Assembly (NCBI GenBank): GCA_965202985.1
Contig: CBDBCF010000001.1
Coordinates: 2,624,001-2,688,000, forward strand
Source: Longimicrobiales bacterium
Lineage (GTDB): Bacteria; Gemmatimonadota; Gemmatimonadetes; Longimicrobiales; Gaopeijiaceae
DNA length: 64,000 bases
Reading direction: 5' to 3'
Made by a program: the position numbers and the translations under genes. Shown piece after piece: positions 9,429 to 17,826 of the stretch; the first letter of the stretch is position 1, and every line of letters begins with the position of its first letter. The notes under the pieces were generated by a model, which saw only the letters and a program-made list of their open reading frames with translations, had not been told where the DNA came from and searched no databases.

Positions 9429-10366
9429 TGCCGTTCAGCTGGGCGTGGCGGGTGGCGAAACACTTGTTGCCTGTGCCACTCGACGAACTCCGGCGACGGG
9501 GCGAGCGCCTTCGTCATGGGAGGCCGGACAGGCTCCTCGTGCAGCGCCCGCATTTGACCGGCCGCTTGACCGCGTCCGCTGACCTGGGCCGAGACGACTA
9601 CGCGATAGCCTGATCCCTGCGGCGCCAAGCCCAGCGCGCCTCGGTCGAGCGCCTTGTGGTGAAGCACGCACAGGGCAAGCCCGTTCGAGACGTCGTCCGG
9701 CCCTTCATGCGAATGCCATCGGATATGGGCGGCCTCCAGGCCGAAGGTCTCGTCTTTCAACCGCACGTCGAAGTTGCAGATCGCGCAGCGCCTCTCGTAT
9801 TCGCGCAGCACCTCGTCTCTGAACGTGGAGTCTCTGGGTTCGCGGACTGCCTGGGGCTCGCGGGACCACGGGACGGGCGTCGTGTCCCCAAAGCTCCACT
9901 CGCGCCGAATCCCTACGGCGCTCCGAATGTCGTCGTGCAGCGAGCGGGGAAAGTGTTCGGTCAGAAGGCCTCGCGCTGCGCCGGCAACCAAGTTCGGGTC
10001 GGACGCCAACAGATCGAACGCCGGCTCGGGAAAGCCTCCTTGGACGCCGCTCTCTCTCATTTCCTTGGCGCTCAAGTCGCCGCTGGACGTGACGGACAAC
10101 GCGGATTCTCCCGGAATCTCCCACAGCCCGTCGTTGCGCAACCTGCCAAACGGAAATTCCGGGCGCGGCTTCTTGGGTTGGCCGAAGGAACCCAGCAAGG
10201 ACTTCAAATGCCGTTCCGCTTCCCGAAAAGAGACGAGTCGAGGCTTGCCCCGGGCGATCCGCCCAAGAGCAAACAGGAGCAAGAGCGGCTTGTGGGGCGC
10301 GCGGATGTCTCCCGACCGCCCCGTGTTGACGGCGCGAAGAAGCCGCAAGAAGTCGTCTCGGGTCAA
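9425..10366 (-). CDS. SBD-HNH phosphorothioate-dependent (type IV-like) restriction endonuclease
   Basis: N-terminal APHKPLLLLFALG and PEFPFGRLRNDGLWEI as in sulfur-binding domains; C-terminal HNH FRDEVLREY..RCAIC, LEAAHI, NGLALCVLHHKALDRG, WHRQQVF. Confidence 0.8.
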   Translation of the reverse strand: MTRDDFLRLLRAVNTGRSGDIRAPHKPLLLLFALGRIARGKPRLVSFREAERHLKSLLGSFGQPKKPRPEFPFGRLRNDGLWEIPGESALSVTSSGDLSAKEMRESGVQGGFPEPAFDLLASDPNLVAGAARGLLTEHFPRSLHDDIRSAVGIRREWSFGDTTPVPWSREPQAVREPRDSTFRDEVLREYERRCAICNFDVRLKDETFGLEAAHIRWHSHEGPDDVSNGLALCVLHHKALDRGALGLAPQGSGYRVVVSAQVSGRGQAAGQMRALHEEPVRPPMTKALAPSPEFVEWHRQQVFRHPPRPAERH

Positions 10367-10507
10367 TGGAGGCTTGGTTGGGTTCGGCGCTCAGGGATCT
10401 AACCGTCTTAAGGTCTCTGTAGGTACAATATAGCGAAGCAAGCGACAAGCTCTGCCACCTCGGCCCGTGGTCCTCGATCGCTCCTGGATCCGCCCAGAAA
10501 CCCATAC

Positions 10508-10526
10508 GGACACTTGCCATGTGTCC
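10508..10526. promoter_or_regulatory. Palindromic operator-like site GGACAC-N7-GTGTCC
   Basis: Perfect 6-bp inverted repeat in the divergent intergenic region between the HNH and SSB-like genes; TACAAT at 10424-10429. Confidence 0.45.
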
Positions 10527-10679
10527 AACTGGCCGAGACTCCTGGACAGCCCGGCCGCTTCCTTGCATCGTGCTGGCTCGCACAACCCACGCCGATGGTC
10601 GAGTGCAAGCGAACCGGGACCACCCCAGCCCCGCAGGCGAAACGCGCCGCCTCGAGGCGCCAACCCACGGGAGGAAAGC

Positions 10680-11342
10680 ATGTACAACCGCGTCATCCTT
10701 ATCGGCCACGTCGCTTTGGAGCCAACTAGGGACGTGGACAGCGCCAACCTGCACTTCTTCCAGGTCGATGCCGACAACGAGCGGGTCGTGATCATGGCCA
10801 ACACGTTCCCGGACCAGGTCAGACCCATCCACCCCGACGACGTGAACCTCAAAACCGACGACGAGGTTCTTGTCGAAGGCAAGCTCGTAGTGCGGCCCAT
10901 GCACCGTGGCGACGACGGCCACGACGACGACCGCGTGACCCATGTGGTTGTTGCAGACCGGATAGCGCGACTGGATTCGCCGTCCATAAGGTTTCGGATC
11001 ATTGGAGGCCGGACTGCACGGAGCATCCGTGTTGACGGCCAACACTGGGGCGACGCCGAGCGCCGCGCGGAAGGCTGGTACTTCCACGCTCCAAAGACCG
11101 AAGAAGCTCAAAGGCTTGCCGGACGCACCTTTCCGTCGCGAGCCGCGCTCAGCTACGCCATCCGGCAAGAGATCGAATACCAGAAGTACGTCCGACCGAG
11201 CCCGCGTTTGAACGAAGGGGGAAACGATGGCAGAGCTCGCGAGCGTGGCGCGGGCGTCTGCGCGGACGGCGGCGAAGGCCGTGGTATCTCGGGCGCGGGT
11301 GCTTCGGAGCTTCGTGATGGGCAGGCTGGACGTCATGGATGA
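10680..11342 (+). CDS. Divergent single-stranded DNA-binding (SSB OB-fold)-like protein with extra C-terminal domain
   Basis: GGAGGAAAGC-ATG; MYNRVILIGHV and LKTDDEVLVEGKL...THVVVADRI match SSB strands; no acidic DDIPF tail. Confidence 0.6.
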   Translation: MYNRVILIGHVALEPTRDVDSANLHFFQVDADNERVVIMANTFPDQVRPIHPDDVNLKTDDEVLVEGKLVVRPMHRGDDGHDDDRVTHVVVADRIARLDSPSIRFRIIGGRTARSIRVDGQHWGDAERRAEGWYFHAPKTEEAQRLAGRTFPSRAALSYAIRQEIEYQKYVRPSPRLNEGGNDGRARERGAGVCADGGEGRGISGAGASELRDGQAGRHG

Positions 11343-11463
11343 TGCGACCGGCCATGCCACGCGCACGGTCGCCGTCCACCTACGCGTCTTGGCGGAGTCG
11401 ATCATGAACGAATCCGGGGACGCGTGCGAGCAGGCTGAGAAGCTCGAACGCTTGCAGGCGTAG
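11227..11463 (+). CDS. Small helical hypothetical protein (78 aa)
   Basis: GAAGGGGG RBS before ATG; helical composition; overlaps the tail of the SSB-like ORF. Confidence 0.45.
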   Translation: MAELASVARASARTAAKAVVSRARVLRSFVMGRLDVMDDATGHATRTVAVHLRVLAESIMNESGDACEQAEKLERLQA

Positions 11464-11577
11464 GCCCAGCCCTTGGTGGCTGGCCCGCAATACCGAGACC
11501 GACGAAGAGATTCGCAAGTTCACGCTTGCCGACTGCAAGGAGCCAGCTCGGGGACGCTACCGACAAGAAAAGGAAGC

Positions 11578-11727
11578 ATGGGCAGCAACAAGCTCGTCGC
11601 CAAGAGCCCCGTTCGGGAGCTCGCGATACGGGCGTTGACTCGACGTCCCGATCGTCGTAACGTTAAGCCGGTGTCGCCGGAAATGCTGCGCGTACCGGTA
11701 CATCCACCGCACGCCGCCAACTCCTGA
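11578..11727 (+). CDS. Possible small basic peptide (49 aa)
   Basis: AAGGAAGC-ATG; ends 12 nt before the DUF262 gene; no recognisable family. Confidence 0.25.
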   Translation: MGSNKLVAKSPVRELAIRALTRRPDRRNVKPVSPEMLRVPVHPPHAANS

Positions 11728-11739
11728 CAATAGGGACTC

Positions 11740-12834
11740 ATGGTGCGACCGATGACAGCGACAGACGCGGACGGGCTTCGAGACACGCAGGTCGACGATC
11801 CGCTCGACAGCGACGACGAGAAGGGCGAGGCCATTCGCTATGGAATCGCCAGTTACGGTGCAGACTTGCCCGTCGACGCTGTGGTGGAGCGGCTTGATCG
11901 CGGAGACATCTTCGTTCCCGAGTTTCAGCGGAAGTTCGTTTGGAGCCAACGGCAGGCGTCACGATTTGTCGAGTCGTTGCTCTTGGGGCTGCCGGTCCCC
12001 GGCGTCTTTCTGTTTAGGGTGCCGGGTGCTCGCACGCTCATGGTCGTAGATGGGCAACAACGGTTGCTGACCCTGCAGCGCTTTCGACACAGCCTGTTCA
12101 ACGGACGGGAATTCAAGCTCGTGGGCGTCACGGACGAGTACCTGAACAGGACTTACGCCACTCTGCTGGAACATGATCGCCGGCAGCTGGACGATTCGAT
12201 CATTCGTTCCACGGTATTTCAACAGATCAAGCCGTCCGACGATCGCAGTTCGGTCTACGCGATCTTCGAACGACTGAACACTAGCGGAAGCCCTCTCCAG
12301 CCGCAGGAAATCAGAGCTTGCGTATACGATGGAAAGCTGAGCCGTCTCCTGGTGGAACTGGCTGGATATCCGAAATGGCGGGAGCTGTATCGCTCGTCGA
12401 ATCCGCGCAAGAAGGACGAAGAAATCATTCTGCGTTTCTTGGCGTTGTGCACGTCGCCGGAAGAGTACGCACGTCCGATGAAGCAGTTTCTGAATGATTT
12501 CATGGAGCAGAACCTGGACCCGGACGACGAGACGTGCGACGAATTTCGTAATCGGTTTCGTGTGGTCGCGGATACGGTTGCCGATCACCTTGGATACAAG
12601 GCGCTTAGGCCGGAGCGAAGCTTGAACGTGTCGGTCGCGGACGCCGTCATGGTGGGATTGGCGCGACGGCTGGAAAACGGACCGATTCGCGACGCGGAGG
12701 CACTGCGAGCGGCTCACGGCCGTGTGCTCATGCACCTGAAAGAAGAAGATCTGTACAGGACGGGCACCACGCACAAGGATCGAGTCGAGCGGAGAATCGC
12801 GATCGCGAGAAAGGAGTATGGAACGGTCGAATGA
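11740..12834 (+). CDS. DUF262 (GmrS/ParB-Srx-like, DGQQR) domain protein
   Basis: VPEFQRKFVW, SRFVESLLLGLPVP, VVDGQQRLLTL, IFERLNTSG..L.PQEIR. Confidence 0.9.
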   Translation: MVRPMTATDADGLRDTQVDDPLDSDDEKGEAIRYGIASYGADLPVDAVVERLDRGDIFVPEFQRKFVWSQRQASRFVESLLLGLPVPGVFLFRVPGARTLMVVDGQQRLLTLQRFRHSLFNGREFKLVGVTDEYLNRTYATLLEHDRRQLDDSIIRSTVFQQIKPSDDRSSVYAIFERLNTSGSPLQPQEIRACVYDGKLSRLLVELAGYPKWRELYRSSNPRKKDEEIILRFLALCTSPEEYARPMKQFLNDFMEQNLDPDDETCDEFRNRFRVVADTVADHLGYKALRPERSLNVSVADAVMVGLARRLENGPIRDAEALRAAHGRVLMHLKEEDLYRTGTTHKDRVERRIAIARKEYGTVE

Positions 12835-13304
12835 AGCACGGAGACAGCAAGCGGCTGGAGGAGGCCATCGATTCGGTGCTGCAGGAGACTCTGTTGCTGT
12901 TGCGGTCGGGCAGGGGCGATGCCTACCGTTCGTATCTCGCCCAACTGCTTGCAGTTTGGGCGTCGGGATACCTCGAGGCCAAGTGCCGCGAAGTCATGTT
13001 TATGTACACCGAGAGACGAGCCAACCCGGGTGTCGCGCGGTACGTGGCGAAGAGGCTCGACCAGTTTCGGAATCCGCGAGCCGACAAGATACTGGAGTTG
13101 ATCGGGAGCTTCGACGCGGACGTTGCGCGCCAGCTTGGCGACTTTACCGAGGGCCGAATTCGGTCGAGCATCAACAGCATCGTCAGCCACCGACATCGCA
13201 TCGCTCACGGGCGCTCGTCCGAGATCAGCATACTGGATGTCGAGAGGTACTTTGGCGATGCCCGGATGTTCGTCAGAAAGATGGAAACGCTGCTCCTGGA
13301 GTGA
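12831..13304 (+). CDS. HEPN domain protein (RiboL-PSP/MAE_28990-like), predicted RNase
   Basis: SGYLE, FRNP...I.ELIGSF, RxxxxH motif RHRIAHG; ATGA overlap with the DUF262 gene. Confidence 0.82.
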   Translation: MKHGDSKRLEEAIDSVLQETLLLLRSGRGDAYRSYLAQLLAVWASGYLEAKCREVMFMYTERRANPGVARYVAKRLDQFRNPRADKILELIGSFDADVARQLGDFTEGRIRSSINSIVSHRHRIAHGRSSEISILDVERYFGDARMFVRKMETLLLE

Positions 13305-13354
13305 CCCCGTTCCGGTGCACTTGCGCCGCAAGATGTCCTCATGAGGTGATCGAC

Positions 13355-16300
13355 ATGAAAAACTCTCGAATCGTCGTTGGCGCCACATCCCTGCTGATCG
13401 CACTTGCCGCCCCTGAGGGCGCAGACGCCGTAGCTTGGCACGGCGCCGTGGGGATCCAGTCGCGTGCTGTCCAGGCTGCGCCTCCCGTCTCCGCCGCCGA
13501 CTTCGCTCCCATGACGGCGCGCAGCATCGGGCCGGCGGGGATGAGCGGGCGCGTGTCGGCGGTGGCGGTCAACCCGCTGGACCCGACGGTGATCTACGTG
13601 GGCGCGGCGACGGGCGGGGTTTGGCGGTCGCGGGACGGGGGGCTGGCGTGGGAGCCCGTCTTTGACGACCAGCCGGTGCTGGGCATCGGGGCGGTGACGG
13701 TGGTGCCGTCGAACCCGGACGTGGTGTGGGTGGGCACCGGCGAGGGGAATCCGCGCAACTCGGCCGGGGTGGGGAACGGTGTCTACCGCAGCCTGGACGG
13801 GGGCGACACGTGGCGGCACATGGGGCTGGAGGCGTCGGAGCGCGTGCACCGGATCGTCGTGCATCCGACCGACCCGCGCATCGTGTACGTGGGTGCCATG
13901 GGGCCGCTGTGGAGCGACGGCGAGCAGCGCGGCGTCTTCAAGTCCACCGACGGCGGCGAGACGTGGGAGCGCGTGCTGCACGCAGGACCCGGCGCGGGCG
14001 CGGCGGACCTGGTCATGGACCCGCGCAACCCGGACAAGCTGTTCGCGGCGATGTGGTCGTTTCGGCGCTGGCCGTGGTTCTTCCGCTCGGGCGGCCCGGA
14101 GAGCGGCCTGTTCGTGACCCGGGACGGCGGCGACAGCTGGACTCGGCTGGGGGCGGAGCAGGGGCTTCCCGCCGGCGAACTCGGCCGCATCGGCGTCGCC
14201 GTGTCGCGCTCCAACCCGGACGTGGTGTACGCGCTCGTGGAGGCCCGGCGCAACGCGCTTCTGCGCTCCGACGACGGCGGCGGCAGCTGGCGCACCGTCA
14301 GCGACCGGCCCGGCGTGGCGCCTCGGCCGTTCTACTACGCCGACATTCGGGTGGACCCGGCCAACGAGAACCGCTTGTACAGCCTTCACAGCCTAGTGCA
14401 AGTCAGCGAGGACGCGGGGCGGACGTTCCGCACCGTGGTGCCCAGCCGAATCGTGCACGGCGACGTGCACGAGCTGTGGATTCACCCGGACGACGGGCGC
14501 TTCATGATCCTGGGCGAGGACGGCGGCATTGCGATCACCCGCGACCGGGGCGACAACTGGCGCTTCGTGGAGAACCTGCCGCTGGCGCAGTTCTACCACT
14601 TGAACGTGGACATGGCGACGCCGTTCAACGTCTACGGCGGGTTGCAGGACAACGGGTCCTGGTTCGGTCCCAGTCACGTGTGGGCGGAACGGGGGATCAT
14701 GAACCTGCACTGGACCCGGGTGGGGAGCGGCGACGGTTTCGCCACGCTGCCGGACTTTGGGGACGACCGGTACGGCTATTCCATGGCCCAGCAGGGCAGG
14801 CTGAACCGGTTCGACAAGGTCACGGGCGCGCGTCGGGACATTCAGCCGGTGCACCCGGACGGGACGCCGTTGCGCTTCAGCTGGAACGCGGCGCTCAACG
14901 TGGACCCCTTCGACTCCACCACGATCTACCTGGGCTCGCAGTTCGTGCACCGCTCGCGCGACAGGGGCGCCACGTGGGAGATCGTTTCGCCCGACCTGAC
15001 CACGAACGACCCCGAGAAGCAGCGCCAGCAGGAGAGCGGCGGCCTCACGCTGGACGCCACCGGCGCCGAGAACCACACCACGATCCTGAGCATCGCGCCC
15101 AGCCCCTTGGAGCGCGGTCTGATCTGGGCGACCACCGACGACGGCAACGTGCAGGTCACCCGCGACGACGGCGACACCTGGACCAACGTGGGCGACCGCG
15201 TGCCCGACGTGCCGCCCGCGACCTGGGCGCCCCACATCGAGCCCTCCAAGCACGACCCGGCGGCGGCCTACCTGGTGTACGACGACCACCGACGCGGCAA
15301 CTGGACGCCCTACGCCTACCGGACCGGCGACTACGGGCAGAGCTGGCAGTCGCTCGCCACCGACGAGCTCCACGGCTTCGTTCACGTCCTGGAAGAGGAC
15401 CCGGTGGAGCCCCGCCTCCTGTTCCTGGGCACCGAGTTCGGCATGTACGTCAGCCTGGACCAAGGCGCGTCTTGGATGCGGTGGCGGAACGGCCTGCCGC
15501 CTGCGCCCGTCCGCGCCCTGGTGGTGCACCCCCGCGATCACGACTTGGCGGTCGGCACGCACGGCCGCGCCGCCTATGTGGTGGACGACATTCGACCCCT
15601 TCGCGCCCTGGCCGCCGACCCGACGGTGGCCGACGCCGCGCTCCACGTCTTCCCGGCCGCCTCGGCGATCCAGTACGTGGAGGCCGAGGCCCAGGGCTAC
15701 CGTTCCACGGGCCACGCCATGTTCATGGGAGACTTGCGGCCCTACGGCGCGCTGCTTCACTACTGGATGGCGGCGCCCGGTTCGGACGGCGACGGCGCAG
15801 CGGCTGCCTCCAGTCGCGCGCGAATCTCCATTGCGGACGCCTCCGGCCAAGTCGTCCGCACCTTGTCGGGCACTGCGCACAGGGGCCTCAACCGCGTGGT
15901 CTGGGACCTGCGCTCGGGACCAGCGGACTCCACCGCCGACTTCGGCCAGCCCTCGTCCCCCGGCCCTTGGGTCCTGCCCGGTCGCTACGACGTGCGCGTC
16001 GAAGCGGGCGGCCAGAGCGCCGAGGGCGCCGTCCAGGTCGTGGCCGACCCGCGCACCGACTTCTCCATGGCCGACCGTCGCGCCCGAATCGCGGTCCAGA
16101 CCGAGGCGGCCGGCTGGGCCCGGTCCGCCGCCCGAGCCCGGCAGCGACTGGAACGGACGATCGAGGCCGTGGACCAGGTGCTCGCCTCGCTGCCCGCCGA
16201 CGCCGACGAGCTGCGAGCCCAAGGCGCCGCCCTCCGCGACGAGCTGGCCGCCCTGAACCGCCGCCTCTTCACCGGCCCCGAGTGCCAGGGCATCTGCGGC

Positions 16301-16540
16301 CGCACCACCGTCGCGGCCCGCGTCCGCGCCCCCCTGCGCAAGCTGAACAGCGCCCAAGACGCCCCCTCGGCCACCGACCGCTTGGCGATGGCCCACGCCA
16401 AGGCCGCCCTGGACGAACTGCTGTCCGAGACCAGCGCCGCCCTGGACGGACCGGACGGCCCCGTGGAAGTGTACCGCCAAGCACTGCGCAGCGCGGGCTA
16501 CACGCCTTTGCCGAGCGCGGCGGAGTGGCGCCGCCGTTAG
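13355..16540 (+). CDS. Secreted BNR/VPS10-like repeat glycosyl-hydrolase-like protein
   Basis: Signal peptide, RSIGPAGMSGRV, many S/TxDGGxTW Asp-boxes, YGGLQDNGSW, C-terminal Ig-like GLNRVVWDLR and coiled coil. Confidence 0.88.
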   Translation: MKNSRIVVGATSLLIALAAPEGADAVAWHGAVGIQSRAVQAAPPVSAADFAPMTARSIGPAGMSGRVSAVAVNPLDPTVIYVGAATGGVWRSRDGGLAWEPVFDDQPVLGIGAVTVVPSNPDVVWVGTGEGNPRNSAGVGNGVYRSLDGGDTWRHMGLEASERVHRIVVHPTDPRIVYVGAMGPLWSDGEQRGVFKSTDGGETWERVLHAGPGAGAADLVMDPRNPDKLFAAMWSFRRWPWFFRSGGPESGLFVTRDGGDSWTRLGAEQGLPAGELGRIGVAVSRSNPDVVYALVEARRNALLRSDDGGGSWRTVSDRPGVAPRPFYYADIRVDPANENRLYSLHSLVQVSEDAGRTFRTVVPSRIVHGDVHELWIHPDDGRFMILGEDGGIAITRDRGDNWRFVENLPLAQFYHLNVDMATPFNVYGGLQDNGSWFGPSHVWAERGIMNLHWTRVGSGDGFATLPDFGDDRYGYSMAQQGRLNRFDKVTGARRDIQPVHPDGTPLRFSWNAALNVDPFDSTTIYLGSQFVHRSRDRGATWEIVSPDLTTNDPEKQRQQESGGLTLDATGAENHTTILSIAPSPLERGLIWATTDDGNVQVTRDDGDTWTNVGDRVPDVPPATWAPHIEPSKHDPAAAYLVYDDHRRGNWTPYAYRTGDYGQSWQSLATDELHGFVHVLEEDPVEPRLLFLGTEFGMYVSLDQGASWMRWRNGLPPAPVRALVVHPRDHDLAVGTHGRAAYVVDDIRPLRALAADPTVADAALHVFPAASAIQYVEAEAQGYRSTGHAMFMGDLRPYGALLHYWMAAPGSDGDGAAAASSRARISIADASGQVVRTLSGTAHRGLNRVVWDLRSGPADSTADFGQPSSPGPWVLPGRYDVRVEAGGQSAEGAVQVVADPRTDFSMADRRARIAVQTEAAGWARSAARARQRLERTIEAVDQVLASLPADADELRAQGAALRDELAALNRRLFTGPECQGICGRTTVAARVRAPLRKLNSAQDAPSATDRLAMAHAKAALDELLSETSAALDGPDGPVEVYRQALRSAGYTPLPSAAEWRRR

Positions 16541-17826
16541 CCGGGACCCCCGCTTCGTCGCTGCCGCCGCCGCACCCGGCCCGGTGGCGCATCTTGGCGC
16601 TGGTGGGGCTGGCGGAGCTGCTGGGCATGTCCGTGTGGTTCGCCGCGACGGCGGTGTCGGGCGACCTGGGCGCGCGCTGGGGGCTGTCCGCAGCGCAGAC
16701 GGGGTGGCTGGCCACGGCGGTGAACTTGGGGTTCGTTGCGGGGACGGCCGTGGCGGCGGTGCTCAACTTGGCCGACGTGGTGCGGTCGCGGACGTACTTT
16801 GCGGTGGCGGCGATCTTGGCGGCGGCGGCGAACGCGGCGGTGCTGGGAGCGACGGGGTTCGGCCAAGCGGTTGGGCTGCGCTTCGCGACGGGGTTCGCGC
16901 TGGCCGGCGTGTATCCGCCCGCCATGAAGATGACCGCGACGTGGTTCCGGTCGGCTCGGGGCATGGCGATCGGGACGATCGTGGGCGCGCTCGCGGTGGG
17001 GAAGGCCGCGCCGTACTTGCTGCGCTTGGCACCGGACGCGGGACCCGAGCAGGTCGTGCTGGGCGCGTCGGCGGCGGCGCTGGTCGGGGCGGCGCTGGTC
17101 GCGCTCTTCTACCGCGACGGTCCGCACTCGTTTCGCCGAAGTCCGTTCTCCTGGGGCATGGCCGGCCGAGTCCTGCGCCACCGGCAGGTCCGCTTGGCCA
17201 CCGCCGGCTACCTGGGCCACATGTGGGAGCTGTACGCCATGTGGGCGTGGGTGCCGGCGTTTCTGGCGGCGTCGAGCCGGGCGGCGGACCCCGGCGCGGG
17301 CGCACAAGCCGAGGTCGCGGCCGGACTGGCGGGCTTCGGCGCCATCGCGGCCGGTGGCCTGGGGTGCGTTTGGGGAGGCTGGGCCGCCGACCGGACGAGC
17401 CGCGAAAGAGTCGTCGTGCTGTCGATGGCGGCCAGCGGCGCGTGCTCGCTGGGGATCGGGCTGCTGTACGGACAGGCGTTCGCGTTGGTGGCCGCGGCGG
17501 CGCTGGCGTGGGGGTTCTTCGTCGTGGCCGACTCGGCCCAGTTCAGCACGCTGGTCACGGAGGTCGCGCCCTCCGACGCCGTGGGCACGGCCCTCACCCT
17601 TCAGACCTGCCTGGGCTTCCTCCTGGCCACGGTCACCATTCAGCTGGTGCCGGTCGTGGCCGAGGCGGCGGGCTGGAGGTGGGCGTTCCCCGTGCTGGCC
17701 ATCGGTCCGGCCGCGGGAATCGCCGCAATCCGGCGGCTTGCACGGGTTCGAGCTACGCGGGATCCCGCTGTCGCGCGCTCTCCCGCCGCACCAGCACCAG
17801 GCCCCACGTCAGCACGGGCACGATGA
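16525..17826 (+). CDS. MFS transporter (start approximate)
   Basis: Tail of ORF 13726..17826; GMSVWF, GVYPPAMK, GYLGHMWELYAMW, VVADSAQFS; about 12 TM segments. Confidence 0.85.
   Translation: MAPPLAGTPASSLPPPHPARWRILALVGLAELLGMSVWFAATAVSGDLGARWGLSAAQTGWLATAVNLGFVAGTAVAAVLNLADVVRSRTYFAVAAILAAAANAAVLGATGFGQAVGLRFATGFALAGVYPPAMKMTATWFRSARGMAIGTIVGALAVGKAAPYLLRLAPDAGPEQVVLGASAAALVGAALVALFYRDGPHSFRRSPFSWGMAGRVLRHRQVRLATAGYLGHMWELYAMWAWVPAFLAASSRAADPGAGAQAEVAAGLAGFGAIAAGGLGCVWGGWAADRTSRERVVVLSMAASGACSLGIGLLYGQAFALVAAAALAWGFFVVADSAQFSTLVTEVAPSDAVGTALTLQTCLGFLLATVTIQLVPVVAEAAGWRWAFPVLAIGPAAGIAAIRRLARVRATRDPAVARSPAAPAPGPTSARAR

Noticed and set aside
10397..10403. GTTAGAT (minus strand) before the HNH gene, and GTTAAGC at 11662, as integron core sites
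   Set aside because: No matching inverse core or attC stem at gene ends and no integron integrase; 7-mers occur by chance
12818..13354. N-terminal 179 aa of the 1240-aa ORF, suggesting a HEPN-region/BNR fusion
   Set aside because: Off-frame overlap of the HEPN gene; the signal peptide and GAGGTG RBS place the start at 13355
13726..16524. 1366-aa ORF as a giant MFS fusion
   Set aside because: Only the last ~430 aa are MFS; the rest is an off-frame shadow of the BNR gene
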